Shown: positions 1 to 9,505, counted from the first letter of the stretch. The stretch is 64,000 nt of DNA from Candidatus Lustribacter sp. (GCA_965277805.1 OZ255842.1:1984001-2048000), one strand, 5' to 3'. Numbers and translations are program-made. Notes: generated by a model not told the origin, from the sequence alone.

Positions 1-1137
1 CTGATAGAGCCCGTACGACACGCCCTGCGGCACGTAACCGCCTTGGGTGCCGACGAAGCCGACCTCGAACGACGTCGCATCGGAGAAGTCGTATTTCAGC
101 TTCAAGATCTCGCCGCGATTGAAAAACGACGCGCTCGTATCGCCGCAGAATTGAATGATCCCGACCGACGCAGGTGTGTTTATGGCGGACGGGTTGTCGG
201 GCAGAACAGCGCATTGGTTGCCATGAAAATAGGGTCCGTTGTTGCTGCCATACCCGAGGCCGAGGACGTACGAGGCTTTGCCCGCCGACCCGGTCGTAAG
301 CAAATTCGAATACTGCGAGCCGTAGTTGTCCGTGCCGACGACGAGTTCGGCCGTCGGCTTCTTCGTGTAACCGGGGGTGATGAGATTCACCGTACCGGAG
401 ACGGCCAGGTTCGCAAACGGGGTCGTGTTGCCCGGGCCGGACTGCGCCTCCGCGCCGCCGACGAGATAGGACGGAAAATACTCGCTCAGCCAGACGCCAT
501 ATTGTCCGAGTGCAACCGGATGACCGTCGATCAGCGTTTGCGTTTCGTATGGCTGAGCACCGCCGACAACGATCGCGGTGTCCGGTTCGCCGCTCGTCCG
601 GGCAATGGTCACGTTCGGCAAATGCTGCAAGACATTGTTGATCTCGGGATTGGCAAAACTACGGAAGGCCGCGCCGGGAAGGTAACTGAGCGTCGACGTG
701 CCGACGTTGATCGCGCCGCTACCGCCTTGCGAGCTGGACGTGACGCTGCCGATCGTGCGCAGCGAGGAGAGATCGGCTTGCGTCATCGTCACCGTCAGCG
801 GCAGCGTCTGCCCGGCGACCACAGCAAGGGTGTTCAGCGAGACCGGTTGGTAACCGCTCTTCGCAACGGTCAGCTGGTAGAGGCCGGGCCCCAGCGTTAG
901 GATGAACGTACCGCTCGCATCGGTGCTTGTACTCGCTTGCTGTGGCCCCGAGACGGAGACCGTCGCACCGGCGACCGCGTCGCCCGCCGGCGTTCTCACG
1001 GTGCCCCCGATGCCGGCCGCCGTCGCTTGTGCTCCGGCCGGCAATGGAGGAATGCACAGCGAGAACATGACGAGCAGCGCGAGCACCCGCAGACTGAGCT
1101 GCTGAGGGTTTCGAGTACGTGCAGCGGTCGAAATCAT
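1..1137 (-). CDS. TonB-dependent receptor-like outer membrane protein with N-terminal carboxypeptidase-regulatory-like domain (runs off left edge)
   Basis: Read manually (not in ORF track): ATG at 1137 after GGAG; MISTAARTRNPQQLSLRVLALLVMFSLC signal, IGGTVRTPAGDAVAGATVSVSG..TDASGTF..PGLYQLTVAKSGY, plug-like INNVLQHLPNVTI..GAQPYETQTLIDGHPV..GTVNLIT; frame open to position 1. Confidence 0.85.
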   Translation of the reverse strand, partial: MISTAARTRNPQQLSLRVLALLVMFSLCIPPLPAGAQATAAGIGGTVRTPAGDAVAGATVSVSGPQQASTSTDASGTFILTLGPGLYQLTVAKSGYQPVSLNTLAVVAGQTLPLTVTMTQADLSSLRTIGSVTSSSQGGSGAINVGTSTLSYLPGAAFRSFANPEINNVLQHLPNVTIARTSGEPDTAIVVGGAQPYETQTLIDGHPVALGQYGVWLSEYFPSYLVGGAEAQSGPGNTTPFANLAVSGTVNLITPGYTKKPTAELVVGTDNYGSQYSNLLTTGSAGKASYVLGLGYGSNNGPYFHGNQCAVLPDNPSAINTPASVGIIQFCGDTSASFFNRGEILKLKYDFSDATSFEVGFVGTQGGYVPQGVSYGLYQ

Positions 1138-1292
1138 AGTCCAACTCCACGAGCATTCAGAGACAATGGAGAACTGACCGGAACGCAAGAGCGCGTTTCA
1201 GTTCACCCGCTTCGACCGTACCATACCGGAAAGAGGCGCCGCATAGACAGATGTCTAGCGGAATCTGACCTGCATACACTCGGAATGTCTTG

Positions 1293-1324
1293 AAAGAAAA
1301 CAAACGCGGCGAACCCTCGCGGCG
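1293..1324 (-). terminator. Putative intrinsic terminator after NCS1 permease
   Basis: Minus strand CGCCGCGA-GGGT-TCGCCGCG (one mismatch) followed by TTTGTTTTCTTT, just after stop at 1329. Confidence 0.55.
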
Positions 1325-1328
1325 ATTC

Positions 1329-2675
1329 TCATTTGCGTGACTCGTACGCTACGGCTGCCGAAGCGGTGCGGGGCATGTGCCAGGCCAGATAGAGCCCGGC
1401 CGCTGCGAAAAACCCGACGAGATAGCCGATGTCGGTATTGCCGAGTAGTCTTGCAATCGGGCCGGTGTAGACCGAAGTCGAGGAGAACAACGCGATCGTC
1501 AACGCCGTAACGATCACGAAGATGGTCGCGCCGCTGCCCCAACCGCGCACGTAGGTACCTTCGCCGCGGCGGAGCCACCAATCGGCGAGCACGATTGCAA
1601 CCCACGGTGAGATCCAATATACGAGCAGCACCAGGTAGTTTGAGTACAGGCTCGCAAACTGACCCGCCCCAGCGACCGCGAGCAAATAGCCGAGACCTGC
1701 GGTGACGATGGCCGAAATCCAGCGCGGCAGTTTTACGCCGGCCGACATGAGGCTGTAGGCGGCTGTGTTGTCGTTCTGCGAGTTCACCGCGACCGAGGAA
1801 ATCGCCACCGCGAAGAGTCCGATCGGCGCAAAGCCGCCCATGAGGATCGTTATGCTTTTGATCAATGCGGTCGGCGAGGTGTCGGGAATCCGGCTCGCCG
1901 TTAGAAACCCGCACAGCTCGATTGCCGTGCCGGAAGCGAACATCCCCAGAAACGCAAGGGCGAAGATGGTCCGTGACGGCGTAGTTTTCGGTAGATAGCG
2001 CGTGTAATCGGCCGCGTAGGGTGCCCAGCCGATGTTATAGCTTCCGATCAGCGATAAGGCGAGCAGAAACGCGGCGAAGGTTACCGGTTGCGCCGGCGCT
2101 GCGATGCTGCCGCCCCTGGCGACGGCCATGGCGCCGACGATCCCAAAAACGACCAGCAGCGTATACCCGAGGTATTTCTGCAACAACTGCACGACGTCGT
2201 GTCCGTAGATACTGGCGATCAGCTGGAGCAACGCGAGAAGCGCAAGTGCGGCCCAAAATGGGGCCGAGAAGCCGGTCAGCGCCACGAGCGCGACCAGGGC
2301 GATCGTCGAGGGAACATTGTTCACCGCGTCCCAGCCGACGCAGCACAGCCAGTTGATAAACGATGGAAGGCGCGTTCCGGCTTGGCCGAAAGCGAAGCGC
2401 GAGTCTTCCATCTGCGTGAGCCCCGTCTTGGGGCCCATGACGGCACAGAACGCGACCGGTAGCGAGCCGAGCAAATTTCCGATGACGATCGCTGCCAGGC
2501 CCCACCAGAAACCGAGCCCGAGCGCCGCCGCCAGAACCCCGATCACCCAGCCCGATGCCCCGAGATTACGAGAAAAGTGACTCCAAAACACATGCTCGAG
2601 CGGCATCGTTTGCTGGTCTTCACTTACCGCATGCTCGACGACCGCGGTCCCGCTGCTCTCTACCCGGAGCTTCAT
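1329..2675 (-). CDS. NCS1-family purine/cytosine permease (CodB-like)
   Basis: About 12 hydrophobic segments; GPKTGLTQMEDSRFAFG and GWAPYAADYTRY motifs; start moved to MKLRVESSG at 2675. Confidence 0.9.
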   Translation of the reverse strand: MKLRVESSGTAVVEHAVSEDQQTMPLEHVFWSHFSRNLGASGWVIGVLAAALGLGFWWGLAAIVIGNLLGSLPVAFCAVMGPKTGLTQMEDSRFAFGQAGTRLPSFINWLCCVGWDAVNNVPSTIALVALVALTGFSAPFWAALALLALLQLIASIYGHDVVQLLQKYLGYTLLVVFGIVGAMAVARGGSIAAPAQPVTFAAFLLALSLIGSYNIGWAPYAADYTRYLPKTTPSRTIFALAFLGMFASGTAIELCGFLTASRIPDTSPTALIKSITILMGGFAPIGLFAVAISSVAVNSQNDNTAAYSLMSAGVKLPRWISAIVTAGLGYLLAVAGAGQFASLYSNYLVLLVYWISPWVAIVLADWWLRRGEGTYVRGWGSGATIFVIVTALTIALFSSTSVYTGPIARLLGNTDIGYLVGFFAAAGLYLAWHMPRTASAAVAYESRK

Positions 2676-2682
2676 TGCGGCG

Positions 2683-3645
2683 TCACGCCTTTTCAGCGTG
2701 AGCAACGGGGTGATAAGTCTCTCCCAAGCGGCGCTCGAGATACTCGGCATAGGTGATCGCCGCGTATTTCGGCGGCAGCTCCGGCGTGCTGCACTGCGGC
2801 ATGCATTCGATCAGCGCGTCACCGTTCGGGTCGCCGAAGAATGCGACCGAATAGCGCTCGCGCGCGGACGTGTTGACGACGCGGTGCGGCGTCGATACGT
2901 AAACGTCGTTGGTCCAGCGCATCAGCGAATCGCCGATGTTGCATACGAAGGCCCCGGGCATCGGCGCAACCGAGATCCACCGGCCGTCACGTCCTTGAAC
3001 CTCGAGACCACCCACGTCATCCTGCATCAGCGCCGTAATGTTGCCGTAATCCGTATGCGGCGCCGCACCGTAAAGGACGTCGTCGAACGCGACGGGGTGC
3101 GGCGGGTAGTGCAGCAGGCGCAGCACGCCGAGCGTGCGATCGAGCCGCGAATCGAAGAAATCCGAGGGCGCGCCGAGGTCGACGGCAACCGCGCGGTGCA
3201 GGTCGATGCAGAGCGCGTGCTGCGCGGCAAAAAACGCCAGCATCGGCTCGCGAAAAGGCGTCAGTTCGGGCCACAAGTTCAATCCGTGGAATGGCGTACC
3301 CGCGAGCACGTCCGGGTCGTCCGGCGCAAGATCGCGGCCCATGTTATAGGACTCTTTGAGATCGCCGGGCCGGTCCGGGTGCAGTTGCTCGGCACTCATC
3401 CGCGAGTAGCCGTAATAGTGCGGCGAGCGCTCGAACGCGATCGCTTCCTTGACCGCGTCGGGCAGGGCAAAAAAGGCCCGGGTTACGGCGAAGACCTCGT
3501 CACACAAAGGCGCTGGAATCCCGTGATTGACGACCATGAAAAACCCGATCCCCCGCGCTGCCGCGCCGACCTCGCGCGCAACCGTGGCGAGTCCGGTCGC
3601 GCCGGATCGGATCGGGGAGAGGTCGACGACAGGGATCTCGGGCAC
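2683..3645 (-). CDS. 2-oxoglutarate/Fe(II) oxygenase, isopenicillin N synthase family
   Basis: IPVVDLS, GFFMVVNHG, HTDYG (HxD), STPHRV, RYSVAFF; GTG start at 3645 with GGAG RBS. Confidence 0.92.
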   Translation of the reverse strand: MPEIPVVDLSPIRSGATGLATVAREVGAAARGIGFFMVVNHGIPAPLCDEVFAVTRAFFALPDAVKEAIAFERSPHYYGYSRMSAEQLHPDRPGDLKESYNMGRDLAPDDPDVLAGTPFHGLNLWPELTPFREPMLAFFAAQHALCIDLHRAVAVDLGAPSDFFDSRLDRTLGVLRLLHYPPHPVAFDDVLYGAAPHTDYGNITALMQDDVGGLEVQGRDGRWISVAPMPGAFVCNIGDSLMRWTNDVYVSTPHRVVNTSARERYSVAFFGDPNGDALIECMPQCSTPELPPKYAAITYAEYLERRLGETYHPVAHAEKA

Positions 3646-3742
3646 GCTAAACTCCAAAGGCTGCCTGCAAGCGAGCCGCTTTTCTACGTTAAACCGAGCC
3701 GACGACGAGGGCTTTAGCCATTTGGAAGTATGGACGAGCCTG

Positions 3743-3757
3743 AAGTACACCGTACTT
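3743..3757. promoter_or_regulatory. Putative operator palindrome between divergent oxygenases
   Basis: AAGTAC-ACC-GTACTT perfect inverted repeat; TACAAT at 3770-3775. Confidence 0.4.
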
Positions 3758-3821
3758 GTTTGGAAACGATACAATCAGGGCTGCGTTACGCCTTGTCCGG
3801 CCCGCCGTGTGGAGGGCGAGA

Positions 3822-4808
3822 TTGCAAAGGAACCCCGGCACGAATATCCACTCGGACATCCCGATCGTCGACTTCGCGCACTTCAACAGCCAAGATGCGA
3901 AAAAACGCGCGGCCATCGCGGCGCTCATCTGCGGCATCGCGCGTTCGTTGGGCTTCGTGTATCTGCGCGGCATCGCGATCACCCAAGACGAGGTCGATCG
4001 TATGTTCGCACGGATGGCGGCATTCTTCGATCTGCCGATCGCCGCCAAGCGACCTCTGGCACGCGCGCGCCCGGCAGGCGTGACGTTGCGCTGCGGCTAC
4101 GTCCCGCGGGGTCGCGAACACGAAGATTCATCGACCCCGAGCGATATCAAGGAAGCCTTCGATCTCTATCGCAGGGATAGCTATTACCGGGTTGCCTTCG
4201 CGTGCTCGCGCGAGGACGAAGCGCCGTTTACGTCCGAGATTCAACAGCTCGTCGATGATTTCGCCGCTTTTCACCACCGCTGCTCGCTCGTGGCGAACGA
4301 CGTGTTGCGCGCCTTTGCGCTGGACTTCCGGCTGCCCGAATCCTACTTCGTCGAGCGCCACGGACAGAATAACATCCTGCGCCTCCTGCACTACCCGCCG
4401 ATACCGGAGCGGGTACTGACCGGGCAAATGCGCGTCGGATCGCATACCGACTTCGGCAGTCTCACGCTACTTTTCCAAGACCCCAGCGCCGGCCTCGAGG
4501 TGTTGTCGGCGGGTGGGCGTTGGCTGAAGGCGCCGTCGCTTCCGGGCACCGTGCTCATCAACATCGGTGACCTCATGCAGCAGTGGACGAACTGCGGCTT
4601 CCGCTCCACCCCGCACCGCGTCGATGTGCCCAGCGGAGAGGGAGCGCTGCGCTCGCGCTACTCGATTGCCTTCTTCTGTGAGCCGAATAACGAGACCGAA
4701 GTCGCCTGTCTGCCCTCAGTGCAAAGCGCGGGCGATCCGCTCTTCGTGCCGGTGATTGCCGGCGAACACCTCACCGCGCGCCTCGACCGCACCTTGATCG
4801 CTAAGTAG
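3822..4808 (+). CDS. 2-oxoglutarate/Fe(II) oxygenase, isopenicillin N synthase family (second copy)
   Basis: IPIVDF, HTDFG, STPHRV, RYSIAFF; TTG at 3822 after GGAGG (ORF track start 3756). Confidence 0.9.
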   Translation: MQRNPGTNIHSDIPIVDFAHFNSQDAKKRAAIAALICGIARSLGFVYLRGIAITQDEVDRMFARMAAFFDLPIAAKRPLARARPAGVTLRCGYVPRGREHEDSSTPSDIKEAFDLYRRDSYYRVAFACSREDEAPFTSEIQQLVDDFAAFHHRCSLVANDVLRAFALDFRLPESYFVERHGQNNILRLLHYPPIPERVLTGQMRVGSHTDFGSLTLLFQDPSAGLEVLSAGGRWLKAPSLPGTVLINIGDLMQQWTNCGFRSTPHRVDVPSGEGALRSRYSIAFFCEPNNETEVACLPSVQSAGDPLFVPVIAGEHLTARLDRTLIAK

Positions 4809-5475
4809 AAGTAAGCTCGGCGAGCAGTTGATCGTGCCCGTGCAGGATATGGCTTCGCATGAGCGCGACGGCGTCCTCAGTCCGTCGCTCGCGCAGTGCG
4901 TCGATCAGCCGCTCGTGTTCGACGGCGAGATCTTCTACCGAGCCCGAGAGCTGGGTCGTCAGCCGGACCGATAGCTGGAATTCGCTCAAAAGCGCCGCGT
5001 ACGCCAATTGCAACGGTAGGTTACGGGCGAGTGCGACGATCAATCGGTGAAAGGCGAGGTCGGCTTGAATGGCGCTGTTGAGTTCTGCCGACTTGGCGCT
5101 TGCGCGGAGCGTCCGCACCGCGGCGAGTAACTGCAGGAAATCCCCCTCTCCCGCGTAGCGCGCGAAGCTACGCACCGCGAGTTCCTCGAGCGCCAGCCGA
5201 AAGTCCACGAGTTGTTGCAGCCGTTCGGCCGCAAGCGGAGCAACGTAGCGGCCGCGATTGGGCTGGCTTATCAGCACGCCCTCCGACTCGAGCCGGCTCA
5301 GCGCTTCCCGAACCGGGCTGCGGCTCACGCCGAGCATGCCCGCGATGTCGACCTCAACAACACGGTCGCCCGGTCGCAAAGCACCGGTCGCGAGTTGCTC
5401 CCGAATCAGTTGCGCGACACGTTCGCTGGTCGAACGTCGCGCAAGCGATGCGTCTGCCCCGGCGCCCTGCTTCAT
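4801..5475 (-). CDS. GntR/FCD-family transcriptional regulator
   Basis: LRPGDRV..IAGMLGVSRSPVREAL HTH; FCD motifs DLAFHRLI, EHERLIDAL, MRSHI. Confidence 0.93.
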   Translation of the reverse strand: MKQGAGADASLARRSTSERVAQLIREQLATGALRPGDRVVEVDIAGMLGVSRSPVREALSRLESEGVLISQPNRGRYVAPLAAERLQQLVDFRLALEELAVRSFARYAGEGDFLQLLAAVRTLRASAKSAELNSAIQADLAFHRLIVALARNLPLQLAYAALLSEFQLSVRLTTQLSGSVEDLAVEHERLIDALRERRTEDAVALMRSHILHGHDQLLAELTST

Positions 5476-5532
5476 GGGCCGCCTTTTCGCCGCCGAATGC
5501 GTTCACCCCACCGGTGGCGAAACCGTTTTGGC

Positions 5533-6600
5533 TTGCTGTTCGAACCGCTTACCCTGCGGAGCGTCACGCTCCGTAACCGCATCGTCGTCTCGCCGATGTG
5601 CCAATATTCATCCGAAGACGGCTTCGCGACCGACTGGCATCTCGTGCATCTCGGCAGCCGCGCCGTTGGTGGGGCCGGACTCGTGTTCACCGAGGCGGCG
5701 GCGATCGAACCGCGCGGGCGCATCTCGCCGCTCGATCTCGGTATTTGGCTCGACGAGCACGTGCCGATGCTGCAGCGCATCAACACGTTCATCGAAGCCC
5801 AAGGCGCGATTGCCGCGACGCAACTCGCGCATGCGGGACGTAAGGGTTCAGTCGGGCCGCCGTGGACGACGCCGCGCGGCTGGGTGACGCCCGATCAGGG
5901 CGGCTGGGAACCGATTGCGCCGACGGCTGAAAAGGATATGCCGTATTATCCGCTGCCGCACGCGCTCAGCACGGATGAGATTGCGCTGCTCGTGCGGCAG
6001 TTTGCCGATGCAGCGCGGCGTTCGGCTGACGCCGGGTTCAAGATTACCGAGATCCACGCCGCGCACGGATATCTGCTGCACGAGTTCATGTCGCCGCTCA
6101 GCAATCAGCGCGACGACCGCTACGGTGGGTCGTTCGAGAACCGCATCCGGTTTTTGCTCGAAACGACCGATGCGGTGCGTGCGGTGTGGCCCGAGAGCAA
6201 GCCGCTCTTCGTGCGCATTTCTGCCACCGATTGGGATGCCGGCGGCTGGACGATCGAGGATTCCATTACGCTTGCGAAGATTCTCAAGTCGCGCGGCGTC
6301 GACGTGATCGATGTTTCGAGTGCGGGGATCGGGCGCAGTCCGCTCGAGAGCGCGGCACAGGCGCCGCTCTATCAGGTACCGTTTTCGGAACGCATTCGGC
6401 GCGAAGCCGATGTGCTGACCGTCGCGGTCGGATTGATCACGACCGGCACGGAGGCCGAGTCCGTGCTCGAATCCGGCGGCGCCGACCTCGTCGCGTTAGC
6501 GCGCCGTTACCTCGGCGATCCGTACTTCCCCCATCGCGCAGCCACTCAGATCGGTGAGGATCTCCCGTGGCCGCGGCAGTACCGGCGCGCTACGCTCTGA
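5533..6600 (+). CDS. NADH:flavin oxidoreductase / old yellow enzyme (YqjM/NamA-like)
   Basis: LFEPLTLRSVTLRNRIVVSPMCQYS, HAAHGYLLHEF, YGGSFENR, WPRQYRRA; start uncertain (5497 or 5533). Confidence 0.93.
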   Translation: MLFEPLTLRSVTLRNRIVVSPMCQYSSEDGFATDWHLVHLGSRAVGGAGLVFTEAAAIEPRGRISPLDLGIWLDEHVPMLQRINTFIEAQGAIAATQLAHAGRKGSVGPPWTTPRGWVTPDQGGWEPIAPTAEKDMPYYPLPHALSTDEIALLVRQFADAARRSADAGFKITEIHAAHGYLLHEFMSPLSNQRDDRYGGSFENRIRFLLETTDAVRAVWPESKPLFVRISATDWDAGGWTIEDSITLAKILKSRGVDVIDVSSAGIGRSPLESAAQAPLYQVPFSERIRREADVLTVAVGLITTGTEAESVLESGGADLVALARRYLGDPYFPHRAATQIGEDLPWPRQYRRATL

Positions 6601-6616
6601 CCCCCACCGCGACTCG

Positions 6617-8194
6617 CTAGTGTGCCGCGGCCGGAGGCGGCGTTTCCACCGGGCCGGGCACGATGTTTGGATCTGCCGGCGGGATCGTCGGAATCGGTTG
6701 CGGCGGTAGATCGAAGGAGCGACCGTTGCTCGAGAGGCCGTTGGTCAGGACGTGGGGTGTGATCACGATGTAGAGGTTGGTGTTTTGCGAGCTGTTGTCG
6801 ACGTCGCGGAAAAAGCCGCCCACGAGCGGTAGGTTCCCGAGGCCCGGCACCTTGCGCAAGCTCTTGATCTCGGTTTCTTGCAGTAAGCCGCCGACGATCA
6901 GCGACTCGGAATCGCTTACCACGGCCGATGTGAGTTCCTGACGCACGGCGATGCGCGGCGTGTTTTGAACGTAGTCGATGATGCTCGACACTTCACAGAA
7001 AATCTGCGTGGTGACGCGGCCGTCGGCGGCGATGCGCGGCAGAATCTGCAAGCTCACACCGACGTTGATGTACTGCACCGATTGATTCACGATGGTTCCG
7101 GTGCCGCCGGGGATCACGACCGACGTGAAGATCGGCACGGCTTCGCCGCTGAGAATCGCCGACGGGCGGTTGTTGAGCGAGAGGATGCGCGGCCGCGCGA
7201 GAATCTTCGCTTCGCCGTTCTCCGCGAGCGCGTTCACTGCTGCGCCGAGATTGAAGCCGAACACGGGCTTGTTGCCGGTCGAGACGCCCATCGTCGCCGT
7301 CGTCAGCGTGCCGTTGGGCGAGAAGTCGATGCCGAGGTCCTTCGCGCCGCTAACCGTAAGCTCGACGATCTGCGTTTCGAGCAGCACGCTGCGGTCGGGA
7401 ATATCGAGCTGTGCCACCAGCGCTTTGTAGGCATCGACTTGTTCGCGCGTGCCGCTGAGGATTACCGCATTCAGGCGCCGGTCGATCGCAACGTGTTCGT
7501 CGAGCCGCACGCCTTGCGGGGAATCCTTCGGCAGCAGCGTCGCCGTGGGAATGGAAACGTACGTCGGCATCGCGGTCGCCGTGGTCGAGCCGGCGGCGGC
7601 CGGCGGCGGTACGAACGGCGAGCCGACATTGAAGACGTCGTTCGACGGGACGGCAGCGCCCTTCACCAGCGCGCCCGCGATCTCGCTCACATCGGCGTAT
7701 GACAATCTGACCATTTCGGTGACGAACGCGGCGGGATTGGCCGTAGGCAGCGGCGCGGCCGCGACCGGCAGCGGTGGCGGCGGCGCTTCGTGATCGCTGC
7801 GGCGCGCCGGTACGTGCACGATGACCTCGTTGCCGGCGGTTTCCGTGCGGACCGTGATGCGGTCGCGCGTGCGCAGATCGAGACGCATTCCGATTCCGGC
7901 AAAACCGGCAAAGGTGCCTTGGGTGATCTCACCGTGGCCCGACACGACCGGATGTTCGTTCCCGGGCAGTGCCGCCCCAATCAGCACAATGTGTACGGTG
8001 TGCTCGCCGCTGCGGATGACCCGCGTCTCGGGCGCCGCACGGTTGAAGCTCAGTGTGATGCGGGTGCTGCCGTCATCGGCAACCGTGCTGGAAACGTGCT
8101 GCAAGAGCGCGTCGCCGTTATCACCCGATGCTTGCAGTGGCGAGATGAAAACGAACGCAGCAAATGCAGCTGCCCATATGCCAAGAAAGCGCAA
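6617..8194 (-). CDS. Secretin (GspD/PilQ superfamily) with N-terminal AMIN-like region
   Basis: IDRRLNAVILSG..LDIPDRSVLLETQIVE, AKILARPRILSLNN, VGVSLQILPRI, KVPGLGNLPLVGGFF, LYIVITPHVL; TTG 8194 with GGAAGG RBS. Confidence 0.9.
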   Translation of the reverse strand: MRFLGIWAAAFAAFVFISPLQASGDNGDALLQHVSSTVADDGSTRITLSFNRAAPETRVIRSGEHTVHIVLIGAALPGNEHPVVSGHGEITQGTFAGFAGIGMRLDLRTRDRITVRTETAGNEVIVHVPARRSDHEAPPPPLPVAAAPLPTANPAAFVTEMVRLSYADVSEIAGALVKGAAVPSNDVFNVGSPFVPPPAAAGSTTATAMPTYVSIPTATLLPKDSPQGVRLDEHVAIDRRLNAVILSGTREQVDAYKALVAQLDIPDRSVLLETQIVELTVSGAKDLGIDFSPNGTLTTATMGVSTGNKPVFGFNLGAAVNALAENGEAKILARPRILSLNNRPSAILSGEAVPIFTSVVIPGGTGTIVNQSVQYINVGVSLQILPRIAADGRVTTQIFCEVSSIIDYVQNTPRIAVRQELTSAVVSDSESLIVGGLLQETEIKSLRKVPGLGNLPLVGGFFRDVDNSSQNTNLYIVITPHVLTNGLSSNGRSFDLPPQPIPTIPPADPNIVPGPVETPPPAAAH

Positions 8195-8247
8195 CGTTCC
8201 GGCCTTCCGTACTCGCTGACACTCCGCCTGCTCCAACGAACGCAATA

Positions 8248-8278
8248 AAAATAGCCGGCCATAACAGCCGGCTATTTT
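8248..8278 (-). terminator. Intrinsic terminator (possibly bidirectional)
   Basis: AAAATAGCCGGC-CATAACA-GCCGGCTATTTT perfect 12-bp stem downstream of the 8296 stop. Confidence 0.8.
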
Positions 8279-8295
8279 CGTACGCTGCGCTGAGC

Positions 8296-9312
8296 TTACA
8301 TCATGCTGTTTCCGCAGGAGTTGGTCTTTGTGATCGTGATCGGCGTGCCGAGCGGAATTATGACATTCCCTTGCGGATCGGTCGTCTTTTTACCCCAACC
8401 GCCGGTGAGCGAATAGGTGGGCTTCACCGAGCAGCGGAACGGCCACGGCGGTCCGGCGTATTGACCCTTCTTCTGTCCTTGGCCGTTGGGTTTCAACGCG
8501 GCGCCAAGGGCGGCTGAGACGAGCGTGCTGGTGCCGCCGGCTGCTGCTGCGCCGCCAAGTGCTGCGCCCGTTACGGTGACGGTCGTCGATGTGACGATCG
8601 GTGCCAATGCGGCCGCCGCTGTTCCGGCGGCGGGTGCTGCTGCGACAGCGAGGCCGGCCGTCAAAGCTCCCAAGAGAATGCTGCCGACGATCGCGGCAAC
8701 GGGCAGCACGCACGACGCGAGCGATTTGTGTTCAGCCATGTCCATCTGCTGTTGATAGCTGATCGTGAACCAGACGGCGCCCGTCGTGCGATCGAACGTT
8801 TGGCCCGGGCCGACGACACCGTAATACAAACACGCGACCTGGTCGAGGCTGACTTCTACGGGATAATTCGTATTGTTGACGATCGAAAAGCCCGGGCTTC
8901 CCGTGGCGTCGGCCTGTTCTTTTGCCAGTTGCTGCGTCGAAACGACCCGGTACCCACTGCCCGAAGACACGACGAGGAACTGCGAGTAGCTGGTTCCGGA
9001 AGACGTGTAGGCATCTGCAGCCTTGCCGCCCACGGTGGCGGTGATTCTCGTGATGAGGCACGCGCCGCGGCTCGTGCCCATGGTGGTCTGCGTCTGCGTT
9101 ATTCCTTTTGCCGTGACTGCTCCGCCGGCAATGGAGAAGTTATCGGAGCGGCAGGCCGCATAGTGGACGGTGCCGCTAACGGCGAGGTTCGTGCGATTGT
9201 ACACCGTCGCGCGGTCATATGCCGACGCGGGGCCGGCGGTATAGCCGATGATCGGAACGGTCACGAGCAAGAGACTTGCTATGTACCGTCTTACGGCATG
9301 GAGCTTTGTCAT
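8296..9312 (-). CDS. Secreted hypothetical protein with Cys-containing domains and long Ala/Gly hydrophobic stretch
   Basis: GGAGG RBS, signal peptide ending PASA, own terminator; no recognised named family. Confidence 0.8.
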   Translation of the reverse strand: MTKLHAVRRYIASLLLVTVPIIGYTAGPASAYDRATVYNRTNLAVSGTVHYAACRSDNFSIAGGAVTAKGITQTQTTMGTSRGACLITRITATVGGKAADAYTSSGTSYSQFLVVSSGSGYRVVSTQQLAKEQADATGSPGFSIVNNTNYPVEVSLDQVACLYYGVVGPGQTFDRTTGAVWFTISYQQQMDMAEHKSLASCVLPVAAIVGSILLGALTAGLAVAAAPAAGTAAAALAPIVTSTTVTVTGAALGGAAAAGGTSTLVSAALGAALKPNGQGQKKGQYAGPPWPFRCSVKPTYSLTGGWGKKTTDPQGNVIIPLGTPITITKTNSCGNSMM

Positions 9313-9505
9313 CTGGTCCTCCAGTTATAAGTGCGTATGGGATGGAGTCGTCTCGACCAACGCCGCTACGCACACGAGGCATAAAATGCCACGCGCACGG
9401 CTCGAAGGCCACCTATTCAATTGAGGATGTCCACTCGCATCAACGCCGGACCTTCGGGTTTCACTACGCGTTCGCAATCCCGTGACGCGAATCACCAAGG
9501 TAGGC

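Noticed and set aside
43..900. 285-aa plus-strand ORF
   Set aside because: Antisense shadow of the minus-strand TonB receptor, which has clear motifs
5212..5532. N-terminal extension of the OYE ORF
   Set aside because: Overlaps the GntR gene on the opposite strand; family similarity begins at LFEPL
9320..9500. Possible c-di-GMP-II riboswitch (GTAGTGAAACC on minus strand)
   Set aside because: Only the 3' motif is similar; the remaining consensus and pseudoknot could not be built
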